64,000 bases of DNA from an uncultured virus (IMG/VR IMGVR_UViG_3300020048_000097) (taxonomy: Duplodnaviria; Heunggongvirae; Uroviricota; Caudoviricetes), in the IMG/VR virus record IMGVR_UViG_3300020048_000097; one strand, given 5' to 3'. Below the pieces are notes generated by a model. That model saw only the letters and a program-made list of their open reading frames with translations, was not told where the DNA came from and made no database searches. Of the stretch, positions 38,780 to 48,154 are shown in pieces. Made by a program: the position numbers and the translations under genes. Each line of letters starts with the position of its first letter. The first letter of the stretch is position 1.

Positions 38780-39422
38780 TTTCTTCTATAACATTTTCTT
38801 CAAATAATGATCTAAGTTTGAAGTCTCTTATATATGATTTGAACTTTTCACGAAATGCTTCAATATTTCTCTCATCACTTTTCTCCATTCTTACTAACAT
38901 TTTATTTAAAAATGTATCAATAGAATCATTGGTTACTATATTATTTAAATTAGTTCCTGGTCCTAAATAAGTGTTAAATAGTTTCAATAAATTTGTTGAA
39001 TTTCGGAATGGTGAGTTCTTATCACTATTACACTCTACTTCAATTTCAGAATATAATTGTCTTACTGCATCTACGGTTTCTTTATTACCCTCTAACAGAG
39101 AGAAGTTAGTTCCATTACATTCGTGTAATTTAACCCAGAATTTACCACCACCTAATTGAACATTATTAGGATAATTTAACTTATCTGCTTTTGATCTAAC
39201 GGTTGGTATTGAAAAAGTTATAGAACTAAATTGTGAACTTCCTTTTTTTATATAGATTCGATCTACTTTAACCAAAGTACCCTTAGGTACTTCAACAACT
39301 TGTGTCTCTCTTTTTAAATCTAATTTTTCAAATAGATTATTTCTATATTCTTGATATAAAGTAAATTGCCAATCTTGTTCTAATTTTAAGATTGTTCCTA
39401 TGTCTGGTATAAATAGTTCCAT
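38772..39422 (-). CDS. Hypothetical phage protein
   Basis: L.IPDIG..L.L..DW.F.L..EYRN and VDRIYI.KG motifs. C-terminal RDFKLRSLF. Confidence 0.7.
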   Translation of the reverse strand: MELFIPDIGTILKLEQDWQFTLYQEYRNNLFEKLDLKRETQVVEVPKGTLVKVDRIYIKKGSSQFSSITFSIPTVRSKADKLNYPNNVQLGGGKFWVKLHECNGTNFSLLEGNKETVDAVRQLYSEIEVECNSDKNSPFRNSTNLLKLFNTYLGPGTNLNNIVTNDSIDTFLNKMLVRMEKSDERNIEAFREKFKSYIRDFKLRSLFEENVIEEND

Positions 39423-40096
39423 TATTTTCTTTTTTGTATTATCTCGTCAATCATTCCGTATTTTTTCGCTTCTGCTGCGGTCATCCAATAATCTCTTTCA
39501 CTATCTTTATAAACTTTATCATATGCTTGGTTAGTACTATCTGATATTATCTCATAAAGTTCTTTTTTAAGAGAGTTTATTTCCTTTGCTTCGATCTCCA
39601 TATCAGTTGCTTGTGCATAACCAGTATATCCAAGCGGTTGATGAATCATGGTTCTACTTCTTTTTAGAGCTTTTCTTTTACCTTTTGTTCCAGAGCAAAG
39701 TATAACCGCTGCCATAGATGCTGCTAACCCAGTATTAACTGTTATGATATCAGGTTTAATAAAATCCATAACGTCTAATAAACCTAGACCTGAGTAAACC
39801 GAACCTCCACCTGAATCAATATACAATTTTATATCTTCGTCGCTTTCTGTTTCTAAATATAGAAGTTGTGCTTTTATTATATTACATACATAGTCATCAA
39901 CATCAGTTGATAAAAAGATAATTCTATCATCTAACAATTTTGAAAATATGTCTACTGACATACCATTGCTTTCTAATAGATATGGTGTGTTGTTATTTTG
40001 GGTTCTTGATACTTTTTTAAAGTAATCATCAAATACTGAACCAGATATATTATTATCTCTCATATGAGATTTCAAAATCCTTTCGTTTCTATTCAT
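39422..40096 (-). CDS. clpP: ATP-dependent Clp protease proteolytic subunit
   Basis: DIFSKLL.DRIIFL, SGGGSV, AASMA and MIHQP motifs. Confidence 0.93.
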   Translation of the reverse strand: MNRNERILKSHMRDNNISGSVFDDYFKKVSRTQNNNTPYLLESNGMSVDIFSKLLDDRIIFLSTDVDDYVCNIIKAQLLYLETESDEDIKLYIDSGGGSVYSGLGLLDVMDFIKPDIITVNTGLAASMAAVILCSGTKGKRKALKRSRTMIHQPLGYTGYAQATDMEIEAKEINSLKKELYEIISDSTNQAYDKVYKDSERDYWMTAAEAKKYGMIDEIIQKRK

Positions 40097-40196
40097 TTTA
40101 GATTTTATTTTACCTTTTTATTATTTCAAACTATAAAAGTTGTTTATAAATGTAGTTTTAAAATTTAATATATACAGAAAAAATAAAACTAATAAT

Positions 40197-40493
40197 ATGA
40201 AAACAACAGTAGAAATTAATGGATATTTTATCGATGTTGAAGAAAAAGACGGAGTTATATCTGTAACTGCAACTTTCGAAGATGAGGTTATCGAAGAATT
40301 CTCAATTGAAGTTGAAGAAGGACAAGGTGAAGAAGGACAAGGTGATGATATTCAAGACGAAGAAGATGTTCAAGGTTTTGATGAGTTTGGTCAAGACGAA
40401 GAAGAAGAAGACTTTGAGGATGATGAAGAAGAGGATGAAAAAGTTGAAGGTGCATTAGAATCTTTTCAATCATTCATTAACAAAAAAAAATAA
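40197..40493 (+). CDS. Highly acidic protein with C-terminal LESFQSF motif
   Basis: Start reassigned to MKTTVEI, downstream of TAATATATA. Confidence 0.7.
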   Translation: MKTTVEINGYFIDVEEKDGVISVTATFEDEVIEEFSIEVEEGQGEEGQGDDIQDEEDVQGFDEFGQDEEEEDFEDDEEEDEKVEGALESFQSFINKKK

Positions 40494-40497
40494 CAAT

Positions 40498-41598
40498 ATG
40501 AAATTTTTAAAGAGATTTAACGAAGAATTAGATCCTAGTACATACAGAAGTGCTGCTGATAAAATAGAGGCAGGTGAAGGTAGAGAAAGAGGTGAATCTA
40601 GATATAATCGTGCTAAATCACTAAGAGGATATGCTAAAACTAGAGAGAATAGGACTCTTCTATACTATGCTTTTGACTGGGATGATAACATTCTAAGAAT
40701 GCCAACTCAAATTATGGTGCAAACCGAAGATGGTAATGAGATTGGAATGAGTACTTCTGATTTTGCAATATATCGTTCAAAAATAGGTAAAGAACATTTT
40801 GAATATAATGGACATACTATTGTAGGTCTAGATTACAATGTTGCTTTTAGAAATTTTAGAGATGATGCTGATAATACAATATTTAAAACGGATGTTGAAA
40901 GAGCGTTGAATCTTGGTGATAAAGGAAAAGCACCCGCTTGGAATAAATTCATTAAATGTTTAACAGAAGGTTCATTTTTTGCTATTATTACAGCAAGAGG
41001 ACACGAACCAGAAAGTATCAGAAAAGGTATAGAATATATAATTGATAATGTTTTAGATGATGATCAAACACAAGAGATGTATAATAATTTATTGAAATTT
41101 GCTCATTTATTTAAGATAGCAGATGTAGATTCACTTCCTAGAATTTTAAATGGTGTTGCAAGTGAGAATTTATTGGTTAAAAATTATTTAGATTTATGCG
41201 AACCTCATTTAGTTGGTGTTTCTGCTACATCTAGAGGTGGTTCTCCTGCAAACCCAGAAGAAGCAAAAGTAAGTGCGCTTACTGATTTTATTGATGATGT
41301 TAATATGCACGTTAGAGACTTAAATGCTATTACAATGGCATCAAGTGCGCCAGATAAAATGCCTTATATAGCAAAGGTTGGTTTTTCTGATGATGATCCG
41401 GGTAATATTAAACATATGACACACGCGATTTTAAATCACGAAAAATTATGGAGTGATTGGGAATTTATTAGTAAAGTTGTTATAATTGATACTAATAAAG
41501 AAGAAAATGTTGTTAAGACAAGTATACCAACAACACGTGAACCGAGAATGGTTGAGCGTAGAAATATAAAAGGATTTGGAGATTTTGATGGAAAATAA
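40498..41598 (+). CDS. HAD-superfamily phosphatase (polynucleotide 3'-phosphatase-like) with MKFLKRFNEE motif
   Basis: FDWDDN, IITARG, K and GFSDDD motifs. Confidence 0.7.
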   Translation: MKFLKRFNEELDPSTYRSAADKIEAGEGRERGESRYNRAKSLRGYAKTRENRTLLYYAFDWDDNILRMPTQIMVQTEDGNEIGMSTSDFAIYRSKIGKEHFEYNGHTIVGLDYNVAFRNFRDDADNTIFKTDVERALNLGDKGKAPAWNKFIKCLTEGSFFAIITARGHEPESIRKGIEYIIDNVLDDDQTQEMYNNLLKFAHLFKIADVDSLPRILNGVASENLLVKNYLDLCEPHLVGVSATSRGGSPANPEEAKVSALTDFIDDVNMHVRDLNAITMASSAPDKMPYIAKVGFSDDDPGNIKHMTHAILNHEKLWSDWEFISKVVIIDTNKEENVVKTSIPTTREPRMVERRNIKGFGDFDGK

Positions 41599-41818
41599 TA
41601 GAATTAAAAGATTTAAAGATTTTAATGAAAGTCAAGACCCTACGCTTAATAGTAGTATGTCGATGTTGACACCAAATGCTTCTATGTCTGCTGGTATGGA
41701 TAGTTCTGATCCTTTTACTACACAAAGAATAATGCAAACAAAAGTAATTGGTAAAATTACTAAGGATGCGGTTGATGAAGTTGAAGATGACCAAGACGAA
41801 GAAGAAAATGAAAATTAA
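41588..41818 (+). CDS. Small hypothetical protein with IKRFKDFNES motif
   Basis: ORF. Confidence 0.65.
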   Translation: MENNRIKRFKDFNESQDPTLNSSMSMLTPNASMSAGMDSSDPFTTQRIMQTKVIGKITKDAVDEVEDDQDEEENEN

Positions 41819-41838
41819 ACCGAAAGGTTATAAAAGAT

Positions 41839-41869
41839 AAATCCACTTAATTTTTAAGTGGATTTTTTT
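41839..41869 (+). terminator. Intrinsic terminator
   Basis: AAATCCACTTAATTTTTAAGTGGATTTTTTT. Confidence 0.75.
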
Positions 41870-41880
41870 ATATATACATT

Positions 41881-43773
41881 ATGTTAAAAAGATACGATGA
41901 ATTTGTTTCGGAAAGTAAAGAAACTATGAGAATATTTTACTCTGATCAATTTAGAAAATTACTTGAAAAGGTTTCAAAGAAAAATATTTCAAATAAAATT
42001 GCTACTATATTATTAGAAAGCGAAGACTCTTATACTGATTTAGATGTTTATACCGCAATTGATATAACCGACAAAAATGATATGATCTCTTATATTCAAG
42101 TAAGTAGATTAGAAAGAGAAAATCCAACTGGTGGAACAAACATACATAAAATTCCTAATGTTAATCTTCAAGCGATAACACTTAAATCGGTAAGTGATAG
42201 AATTTGGAGAGATGGTAGAACACCATATTATTCTATTGGTAGATGGGTTAGACATATATTCACTGATGTTAAAAAAGAGACTATATCCAATACTGATTTA
42301 GAGAATTTTGTTATTGCATATAAAATGGTATATGGTTTAAAGGATCAAAAAGAAGATGATAATAGATTAGAGTTGGTATCTGGTGAAGAAATAAGAAAAT
42401 GGTATCTTGAAGATAATTATGAAAAGGATTGTGAAACTACTGATTTAGGAAAATCTTGTATGAGGTATGAGAAATGCCAAGGATATTTTGACATATATGT
42501 TAAAAATCCAGAAGTTTGTAAATTGTTAATTCTTAAAAGTGAAACCGAAACCGATAAAATATGCGCAAGAGCATTATTATGGACAATTGATAATACTTCT
42601 AGAGGATATGATAATGAACTTTATTTAGATAGAATTTATTTTGTTGATGTTGATGATGTCGAGTATTACTACAATTGGTGTAAAAAGAATGGTGTTAAAT
42701 TAGCATATGATAATTATAGAATGGGTTCTGATATTAAAGCGTTAAAATATTTTGCTGATGTTAATTTAGGTGAACACGAATATGAAACTTTTCCTTATAT
42801 AGATACATTTGGTTATTATAATCCGTATGTATATATGTTGACTCAAGAAGAAGATAGAGAATCATATAAAGTGCAACAAACAGATGGTTCTTTTATTCCA
42901 CTTAGTGAAAGAGTATATAGTGAAAGAGAAGGAGATTATATTAATAAAGAAGATGCTGAGTGGTGTGAAGATATTGATGATTGGTTATCTAAGGAAGATA
43001 CGGTTTATCTAGAATATAAAGATATTTCTGTATCTACTGATGCGAGTACGGTTTATAGTAGTCAAACCGAAAGGTATTATTATACGGATGATTGTGATTA
43101 TTCAGAATGTATGAGTGATTGGTTATGTTCGGAGGATGATGATGTTGATCTGGTTTACTTTTATATAAATAGTTCAGAAGATCAAGATTGTTGTATTAAA
43201 GGTGAATATGAATATTATATGAAAATTGATGGTGAAAATTATTCCAGAGAAAACTATTTAAAAGATCCATATACTAGTGAGTATCATTTTATAGATGAAG
43301 AAATTGAAGGTGATAAATACTTCGACTACTTAGATAATAAACTTGCACTAGATTTAAAAATAGGTAATGCGGATGTTAGAAATGATCTTAAAAAGTTATT
43401 ACTTGATTATGAACCAACTGATGAATTTTTAGATGAGATATCGACTAAATTTAAGAATTATATAGATGATGAATATAGTTCTGAATATTTATTACTAGGT
43501 GTTTATACTTGGTTAACGATTGGTGATAAGTATATGCGAAGTCAAAACTTTTTTAGAGAGAAGTTTATAAATGAAGTATGGAATTTTATAAATTTAAAAT
43601 ATGAGGATGAGGATGAAATATCCAAAATAAAATCTTATTATAAAGATAAATTTCCAGTTGGTCAAGCATATGGATTTAGAAGATGTAGTTTTTTCATTAA
43701 TTGTTTGTATTCTATTGATTATTCTAAATTACCTGTTGAAATTTATAAACGAGTTCTTTATTTAGATCTTTAA
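41881..43773 (+). CDS. Large conserved-type phage hypothetical protein (SCMR / ARALLW / DRIY / PYIDTF), acidic Cys/Tyr-rich repeats
   Basis: ORF with N-terminal MLKRYDEFVSES motif. Confidence 0.7.
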   Translation: MLKRYDEFVSESKETMRIFYSDQFRKLLEKVSKKNISNKIATILLESEDSYTDLDVYTAIDITDKNDMISYIQVSRLERENPTGGTNIHKIPNVNLQAITLKSVSDRIWRDGRTPYYSIGRWVRHIFTDVKKETISNTDLENFVIAYKMVYGLKDQKEDDNRLELVSGEEIRKWYLEDNYEKDCETTDLGKSCMRYEKCQGYFDIYVKNPEVCKLLILKSETETDKICARALLWTIDNTSRGYDNELYLDRIYFVDVDDVEYYYNWCKKNGVKLAYDNYRMGSDIKALKYFADVNLGEHEYETFPYIDTFGYYNPYVYMLTQEEDRESYKVQQTDGSFIPLSERVYSEREGDYINKEDAEWCEDIDDWLSKEDTVYLEYKDISVSTDASTVYSSQTERYYYTDDCDYSECMSDWLCSEDDDVDLVYFYINSSEDQDCCIKGEYEYYMKIDGENYSRENYLKDPYTSEYHFIDEEIEGDKYFDYLDNKLALDLKIGNADVRNDLKKLLLDYEPTDEFLDEISTKFKNYIDDEYSSEYLLLGVYTWLTIGDKYMRSQNFFREKFINEVWNFINLKYEDEDEISKIKSYYKDKFPVGQAYGFRRCSFFINCLYSIDYSKLPVEIYKRVLYLDL

Positions 43774-43803
43774 ACTTATCAATATTTTTTCATATATCAT
43801 GAT

Positions 43804-44994
43804 ATGGATAAGGTATATATAACTGACTTACTACAGAAGATTTTAAATAAGGAGTTCTCTAATACACAGAAGAGAAGAATAAACGATTTCAATGATCGAT
43901 TGAACTTCGCGTGTCCATTTTGTGGTGACTCTCATAAGAATAATCACTCAAAAAGAGGTAATTTATATTTCAATAAACTATTCTTCATATGTTTTAACTG
44001 TGATAAGAAGACCACATTTGATAGAATGTGTAAAGATTTCAATGAGCAGGTTGATCCTGACAAAAAACTTGAAATGATTGAACACTTAAATAGTGTTGTT
44101 ACTTATACCGACTATGAAAACAATATGTCGGATGCTAAATTCGAAAATCTTATTGACTTATCTGAACTTGAAAGAGTATTTTCAAATGATTTAACACCAA
44201 TTTCAGATTTCAAACCAATACAAGTTAATGGTGGTGTTTATAAATACTTATTAAATCGTGGTATTGGTCCAGAACTACATAAAAATATTTATCAAGGTAA
44301 GTATTGGAAAAACGAAGATGAGTCAGAGTGGATCATTATAATGCTAAACCGAAGAGATGATAAGGTTCTAGGAATTCAGGTTCGTAATTTGAAAGAAGGT
44401 AAACGAAGAATGTTTAAAATCTACAATTATGAAAATTTATTAGAGTGGGTTAATATAGGAAAAGATGAACCAGATATCGATATGAATGAACTTGTTATTT
44501 ATAATAAGTTATCTTATTATTTCAATATATTGAATGTTGATTTAGGTAATATTATAACTGTTTTTGAAGGATATATTGACTCTTTATTTTATCCTAATTC
44601 TATTGGACTTGTTGGTGTAAATACCGATTTCAAACTTATTGAAAGTAGCGGTTTGGATCTTAGATACTTTTTTGATAATGATGAAGCAGGTTATAAAAAG
44701 ACAGAAGAAAAGCTAAAAGAGGGTTATCCGGTATTCTTATGGAAAAAAATATTTGAAGATATTGTAGATAAAAAGAAATCACCTGACCCAGATAAATTAA
44801 TGCATAGAATAAGTAAGGTTAAGGATATGAATAAATTAGCACAATTAGTACCTGATCCATATAAGAAATTAAAACTAGATGATTTTTTCAGTCAAGATGA
44901 ATACGATATTAAATGGATTCCTAAATTTAGAAAAAAGAAAAAAGTAGAGGAAACTGATTATAACAAGAAATTCAGGTCATTCGACTCCTTATAA
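43804..44994 (+). CDS. DNA primase, T4 gp61-like
   Basis: CPFCGDS..CFNC zinc finger, and VFEG.ID and FDND TOPRIM motifs. Confidence 0.88.
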   Translation: MDKVYITDLLQKILNKEFSNTQKRRINDFNDRLNFACPFCGDSHKNNHSKRGNLYFNKLFFICFNCDKKTTFDRMCKDFNEQVDPDKKLEMIEHLNSVVTYTDYENNMSDAKFENLIDLSELERVFSNDLTPISDFKPIQVNGGVYKYLLNRGIGPELHKNIYQGKYWKNEDESEWIIIMLNRRDDKVLGIQVRNLKEGKRRMFKIYNYENLLEWVNIGKDEPDIDMNELVIYNKLSYYFNILNVDLGNIITVFEGYIDSLFYPNSIGLVGVNTDFKLIESSGLDLRYFFDNDEAGYKKTEEKLKEGYPVFLWKKIFEDIVDKKKSPDPDKLMHRISKVKDMNKLAQLVPDPYKKLKLDDFFSQDEYDIKWIPKFRKKKKVEETDYNKKFRSFDSL

Positions 44995-45036
44995 AATTGT
45001 TTTTTTATTTTTAATATATAAAATAAAACAAAAAAT

Positions 45037-45372
45037 ATGGAAAAGAAAGTAAGATTCAAAAACATTAAATGGTTCTTTAAAGAGTGGCTTAATGTTTATT
45101 CGGATAGACCATCTTTTTTCTCTAAAAAAAGAGTAGAATCTGGTATTGGATTTATAATTGCAGAATGGGGAATGATATTCTTTTTATTAGAGAATATCAC
45201 AACTATGGGTATGAGTGGATTTGCTTTATGGGCGTCTATTCAATTCTTCGTTGCTGGTTATATGGTTAATCAAATACAAAAAGAGAAAAGTAAACTTACC
45301 TCTAATGATTCTGTAAATGATCAGATAACTGATTCTGTTACACAAGTAGAGGATGAAGAAAAAGATAAATAA
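45037..45372 (+). CDS. Two-TM membrane protein, possible holin
   Basis: SKKR followed by two hydrophobic segments and a charged tail. Confidence 0.5.
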   Translation: MEKKVRFKNIKWFFKEWLNVYSDRPSFFSKKRVESGIGFIIAEWGMIFFLLENITTMGMSGFALWASIQFFVAGYMVNQIQKEKSKLTSNDSVNDQITDSVTQVEDEEKDK

Positions 45373-45404
45373 AAAAAAGCCACTCGATTTGAGTGGCTTT
45401 TTTT
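45372..45404. terminator. Bidirectional terminator
   Basis: AAAAAAAGCCACTCGATTTGAGTGGCTTTTTTT. Confidence 0.85.
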
Positions 45405-45405
45405 A

Positions 45406-45909
45406 TTATTTTCTTTTATTGAATTTTCTTGTCTCTTTATAAGATTTAGATTCTTTTAAATTATTTTTACCTTTTAATGCTTCGTATTCTGCTTCAAAGT
45501 TGTTTAATTCACCGTCTTCTCCAACTGTTACGTCAGATAATTCAGGCTTATCATAGTTTACATCATAATATCCAAGATAATCTGCTACTTTTTTTAATTC
45601 CACTTTTGTACCATCAATTGATACATATTCTTTACCTTTAAATTCAGATGGATATTCAATCTCGTGTCCATTATAATAAAGTGTGTTACCTTTTAATTCA
45701 GAACCTTCTAATTCTTTACTTAAATACGCTAATGGATCAGGATTAACTGAAGGAGTTTCAACTGGTATAATTGATGGATCTTTTTCTCTACCTGGTAGAG
45801 CAGGTGCTGGTCTACTAGGAGTATCAATATCCGGTCTAACTGGTGTTTTCGTTCTTTCTCGTTCTGTATTACCTACAAATTCTTCGTATTTTTTAACTAA
45901 TTTACGCAT
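45406..45909 (-). CDS. Hypothetical Pro-rich protein with VKKYEEF motif
   Basis: ORF, TAATATATA upstream. Confidence 0.75.
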   Translation of the reverse strand: MRKLVKKYEEFVGNTERERTKTPVRPDIDTPSRPAPALPGREKDPSIIPVETPSVNPDPLAYLSKELEGSELKGNTLYYNGHEIEYPSEFKGKEYVSIDGTKVELKKVADYLGYYDVNYDKPELSDVTVGEDGELNNFEAEYEALKGKNNLKESKSYKETRKFNKRK

Positions 45910-45944
45910 ATTATTAAAATATTTTTTATTTTATATATTAAATA

Positions 45945-46424
45945 TTAATTTTGACTTTCTAATTCAGAAACAACATAGTCTATGAAACTATCTAACTCGT
46001 ATTCTAATCCTTCGCAAAAATCAAATATTTCCAATCCTGTATTTTCATAGCAAAAATCAGGTGATGTAAGTCCTTCGCTAGTAACAACTATTCTACCTTC
46101 TAATATACCAGGTATAGTTTCGCCACCATCACCATATGTATAATCAGGACATTCGATTGTACCGATGTAATGTGTTTCATCACCATAATCCTCAATTGAA
46201 TCAAGTGTGAATGTAAAGTAACCATCATCATCTTTAAATACTGTTTCACTTTGTTCTTTTGTGATTTTATTGTGTATCTCTTCTTCACCACCAGTTTTGT
46301 GAGCATCTAGGAATTCTAATTCTAATTTACTCAATGACTTCATACCATATTTGAATATTCTATCCAATATGTCATCAACTCTTTGTTGAGTTGTATAGTT
46401 CTCATATAGCATTAAATGTTTCAT
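45945..46424 (-). CDS. Hypothetical protein with MKHLMLYENY motif and DUF6576-like module
   Basis: VDDILDRIFKYGMKSLSKLELEFL. Confidence 0.75.
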   Translation of the reverse strand: MKHLMLYENYTTQQRVDDILDRIFKYGMKSLSKLELEFLDAHKTGGEEEIHNKITKEQSETVFKDDDGYFTFTLDSIEDYGDETHYIGTIECPDYTYGDGGETIPGILEGRIVVTSEGLTSPDFCYENTGLEIFDFCEGLEYELDSFIDYVVSELESQN

Positions 46425-46454
46425 AAGTTATATATTAAAATTATAGTATTGATT

Positions 46455-46784
46455 TTATGCTAAAGTTCTCCAAGGCTCAAAAAATGGCTTCCTTTCTAAT
46501 AATTTTGATTTAATTGTTAGATAGGTCATTTCTAGATTGCCCGATGTTTGGTAAACCGCTATCCAATTATTTTCCATTGTTCTTGGATTAAAGTCATCAT
46601 TTATATCAGTAAGTAGACTATCGATCTTTTTATCTCTTTCCCATTGTTTATATGAGTCGATCCAGTTATCTATAAAGAATATTAGAAATTCTTCCTTTTT
46701 ATGATCCCTAATCATATCAAAGTCAATTCCGTCATAGAATCTAACTATACAAGTTTCAATATTTATTTCCTCAATCAAGGTCAT
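46455..46784 (-). CDS. Hypothetical protein with RDKKIDSLL motif
   Basis: ORF. Confidence 0.7.
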   Translation of the reverse strand: MTLIEEINIETCIVRFYDGIDFDMIRDHKKEEFLIFFIDNWIDSYKQWERDKKIDSLLTDINDDFNPRTMENNWIAVYQTSGNLEMTYLTIKSKLLERKPFFEPWRTLA

Positions 46785-47004
46785 CGAATATGTCGTCTAT
46801 TTTTTTATCTCTAAATTCTTTTATTTGCTCACTTTCAAAAAGTTCATCTTTTTCCATTTTTATAACAAACTCTTCGAATTTATTTCCTGCTATTTTAAAA
46901 AGTGCATAGGAACCCCTTGTTATTTTACCATCATTTAGTTGTTCATTTAAATAATTAAGATACATTGGATATAATTTTTCATTTTTCATAGGTTTATATA
47001 TCAA
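46771..47004 (-). CDS. Hypothetical protein with RDKKIDDIF motif
   Basis: ORF. Confidence 0.65.
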   Translation of the reverse strand: MIYKPMKNEKLYPMYLNYLNEQLNDGKITRGSYALFKIAGNKFEEFVIKMEKDELFESEQIKEFRDKKIDDIFDDLD

Positions 47005-47045
47005 AAATTATTATCTTTATGAATTATAATTTAATATATAACATT

Positions 47046-47867
47046 ATGAAGATAATTAAAGAATATTCGGACTTTAAGTTTGTACCCAAACAAAACACTC
47101 CTATAACACTTACGGTTGCTGATGGATTAAAGATATATTTTGATGTTGATAGAATAACTGAAATAAGAACTATCATAAAAGAGTATCTAACTACTATACC
47201 AGAGTATGGTGGTAATATTTATGGAACTGAAAGAGATATTAAAGTATCGGGTAAAATAGTAAATGGTAAATATATTGCATTAATGCCAAATAACATTTCT
47301 GTTTTATATGGTGTATGGTATGCAGCAAGTGGAGCTGGTCACCATATTGATAATGTTGATGATTTTATATTTTGGACTAAAAATAATTTAAAGAATCTTT
47401 TTCATCCAAGTGGAAAATTCTTTAATAGTATTTATTTAAGATTGGATAAGGCTAGTAATATTGGCAAAGCTAGTGAATTGGATGCAGTAACTTTTTTCAC
47501 AAATTACGCAAAAGATAATAATATAAATGTTAATATTATGTCACCTACTACTGATGAAGATGCATTTGGTGGTATAGATTTTTATTTTGTACATAATGGT
47601 AGAAAAATAACAATACAAGTAAAAACACTTAGAAGTATAAAAAAGGAACTTTATAATAAAGAAGAATGTTATGTTGTTGATATAAAAGGTGATTTTACTG
47701 AAATAAAAACAGATTACTTAATTCTAATGTCTGATAAAAAAGGTTTTCCTAGTTATATTTTTAGAGGTGCTAAAGGTGATAAGAAGATAATAATTGATAA
47801 TGATTTATTAAAATATATTATACCAGAGGATAATTTAGTAGTAAATCAAGAAACTATGTTTCAATAA
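47046..47867 (+). CDS. Putative PD-(D/E)XK nuclease-fold protein
   Basis: G.ASE, D...GIDF and TIQVK motifs. Start reassigned to MKIIKEYSDF. Confidence 0.55.
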   Translation: MKIIKEYSDFKFVPKQNTPITLTVADGLKIYFDVDRITEIRTIIKEYLTTIPEYGGNIYGTERDIKVSGKIVNGKYIALMPNNISVLYGVWYAASGAGHHIDNVDDFIFWTKNNLKNLFHPSGKFFNSIYLRLDKASNIGKASELDAVTFFTNYAKDNNINVNIMSPTTDEDAFGGIDFYFVHNGRKITIQVKTLRSIKKELYNKEECYVVDIKGDFTEIKTDYLILMSDKKGFPSYIFRGAKGDKKIIIDNDLLKYIIPEDNLVVNQETMFQ

Positions 47868-47882
47868 AAAAAGATATAAAAA

Positions 47883-48125
47883 ATGGAAAATGATATAAAA
47901 AAGTTTAATGAGATTAATGAGATTAGTGAAGAACAAAAAGATTTTCAAGCAATAACATTAGAAAGATGTAGAGAAGAAGTAATAAGACTATTAGGTGAAG
48001 ACGGACACGATACTGATACATCTAGTGAAGAAATTAATAAATTAGCAGAACAAATAATGAGAGAATTCAATTGGACTTTTTCACTTCTAGAAAAAAGAAT
48101 ATTTGGATGGAAGAAAAATAAATAA
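47883..48125 (+). CDS. Small hypothetical protein with IKKFNEINE motif
   Basis: ORF. Confidence 0.65.
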   Translation: MENDIKKFNEINEISEEQKDFQAITLERCREEVIRLLGEDGHDTDTSSEEINKLAEQIMREFNWTFSLLEKRIFGWKKNK

Positions 48126-48154
48126 AAAAGTCGCTCAAATTGAGCGACTTTTTT
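48124..48154. terminator. Bidirectional terminator
   Basis: AAAAAAGTCGCTCAAATTGAGCGACTTTTTT. Confidence 0.85.

Noticed and set aside
41818..41829. AACC-GAAA-GGTT tetraloop hairpin
   Set aside because: Only 4 bp and next to a stronger terminator, so there is no support for a separate RNA element.
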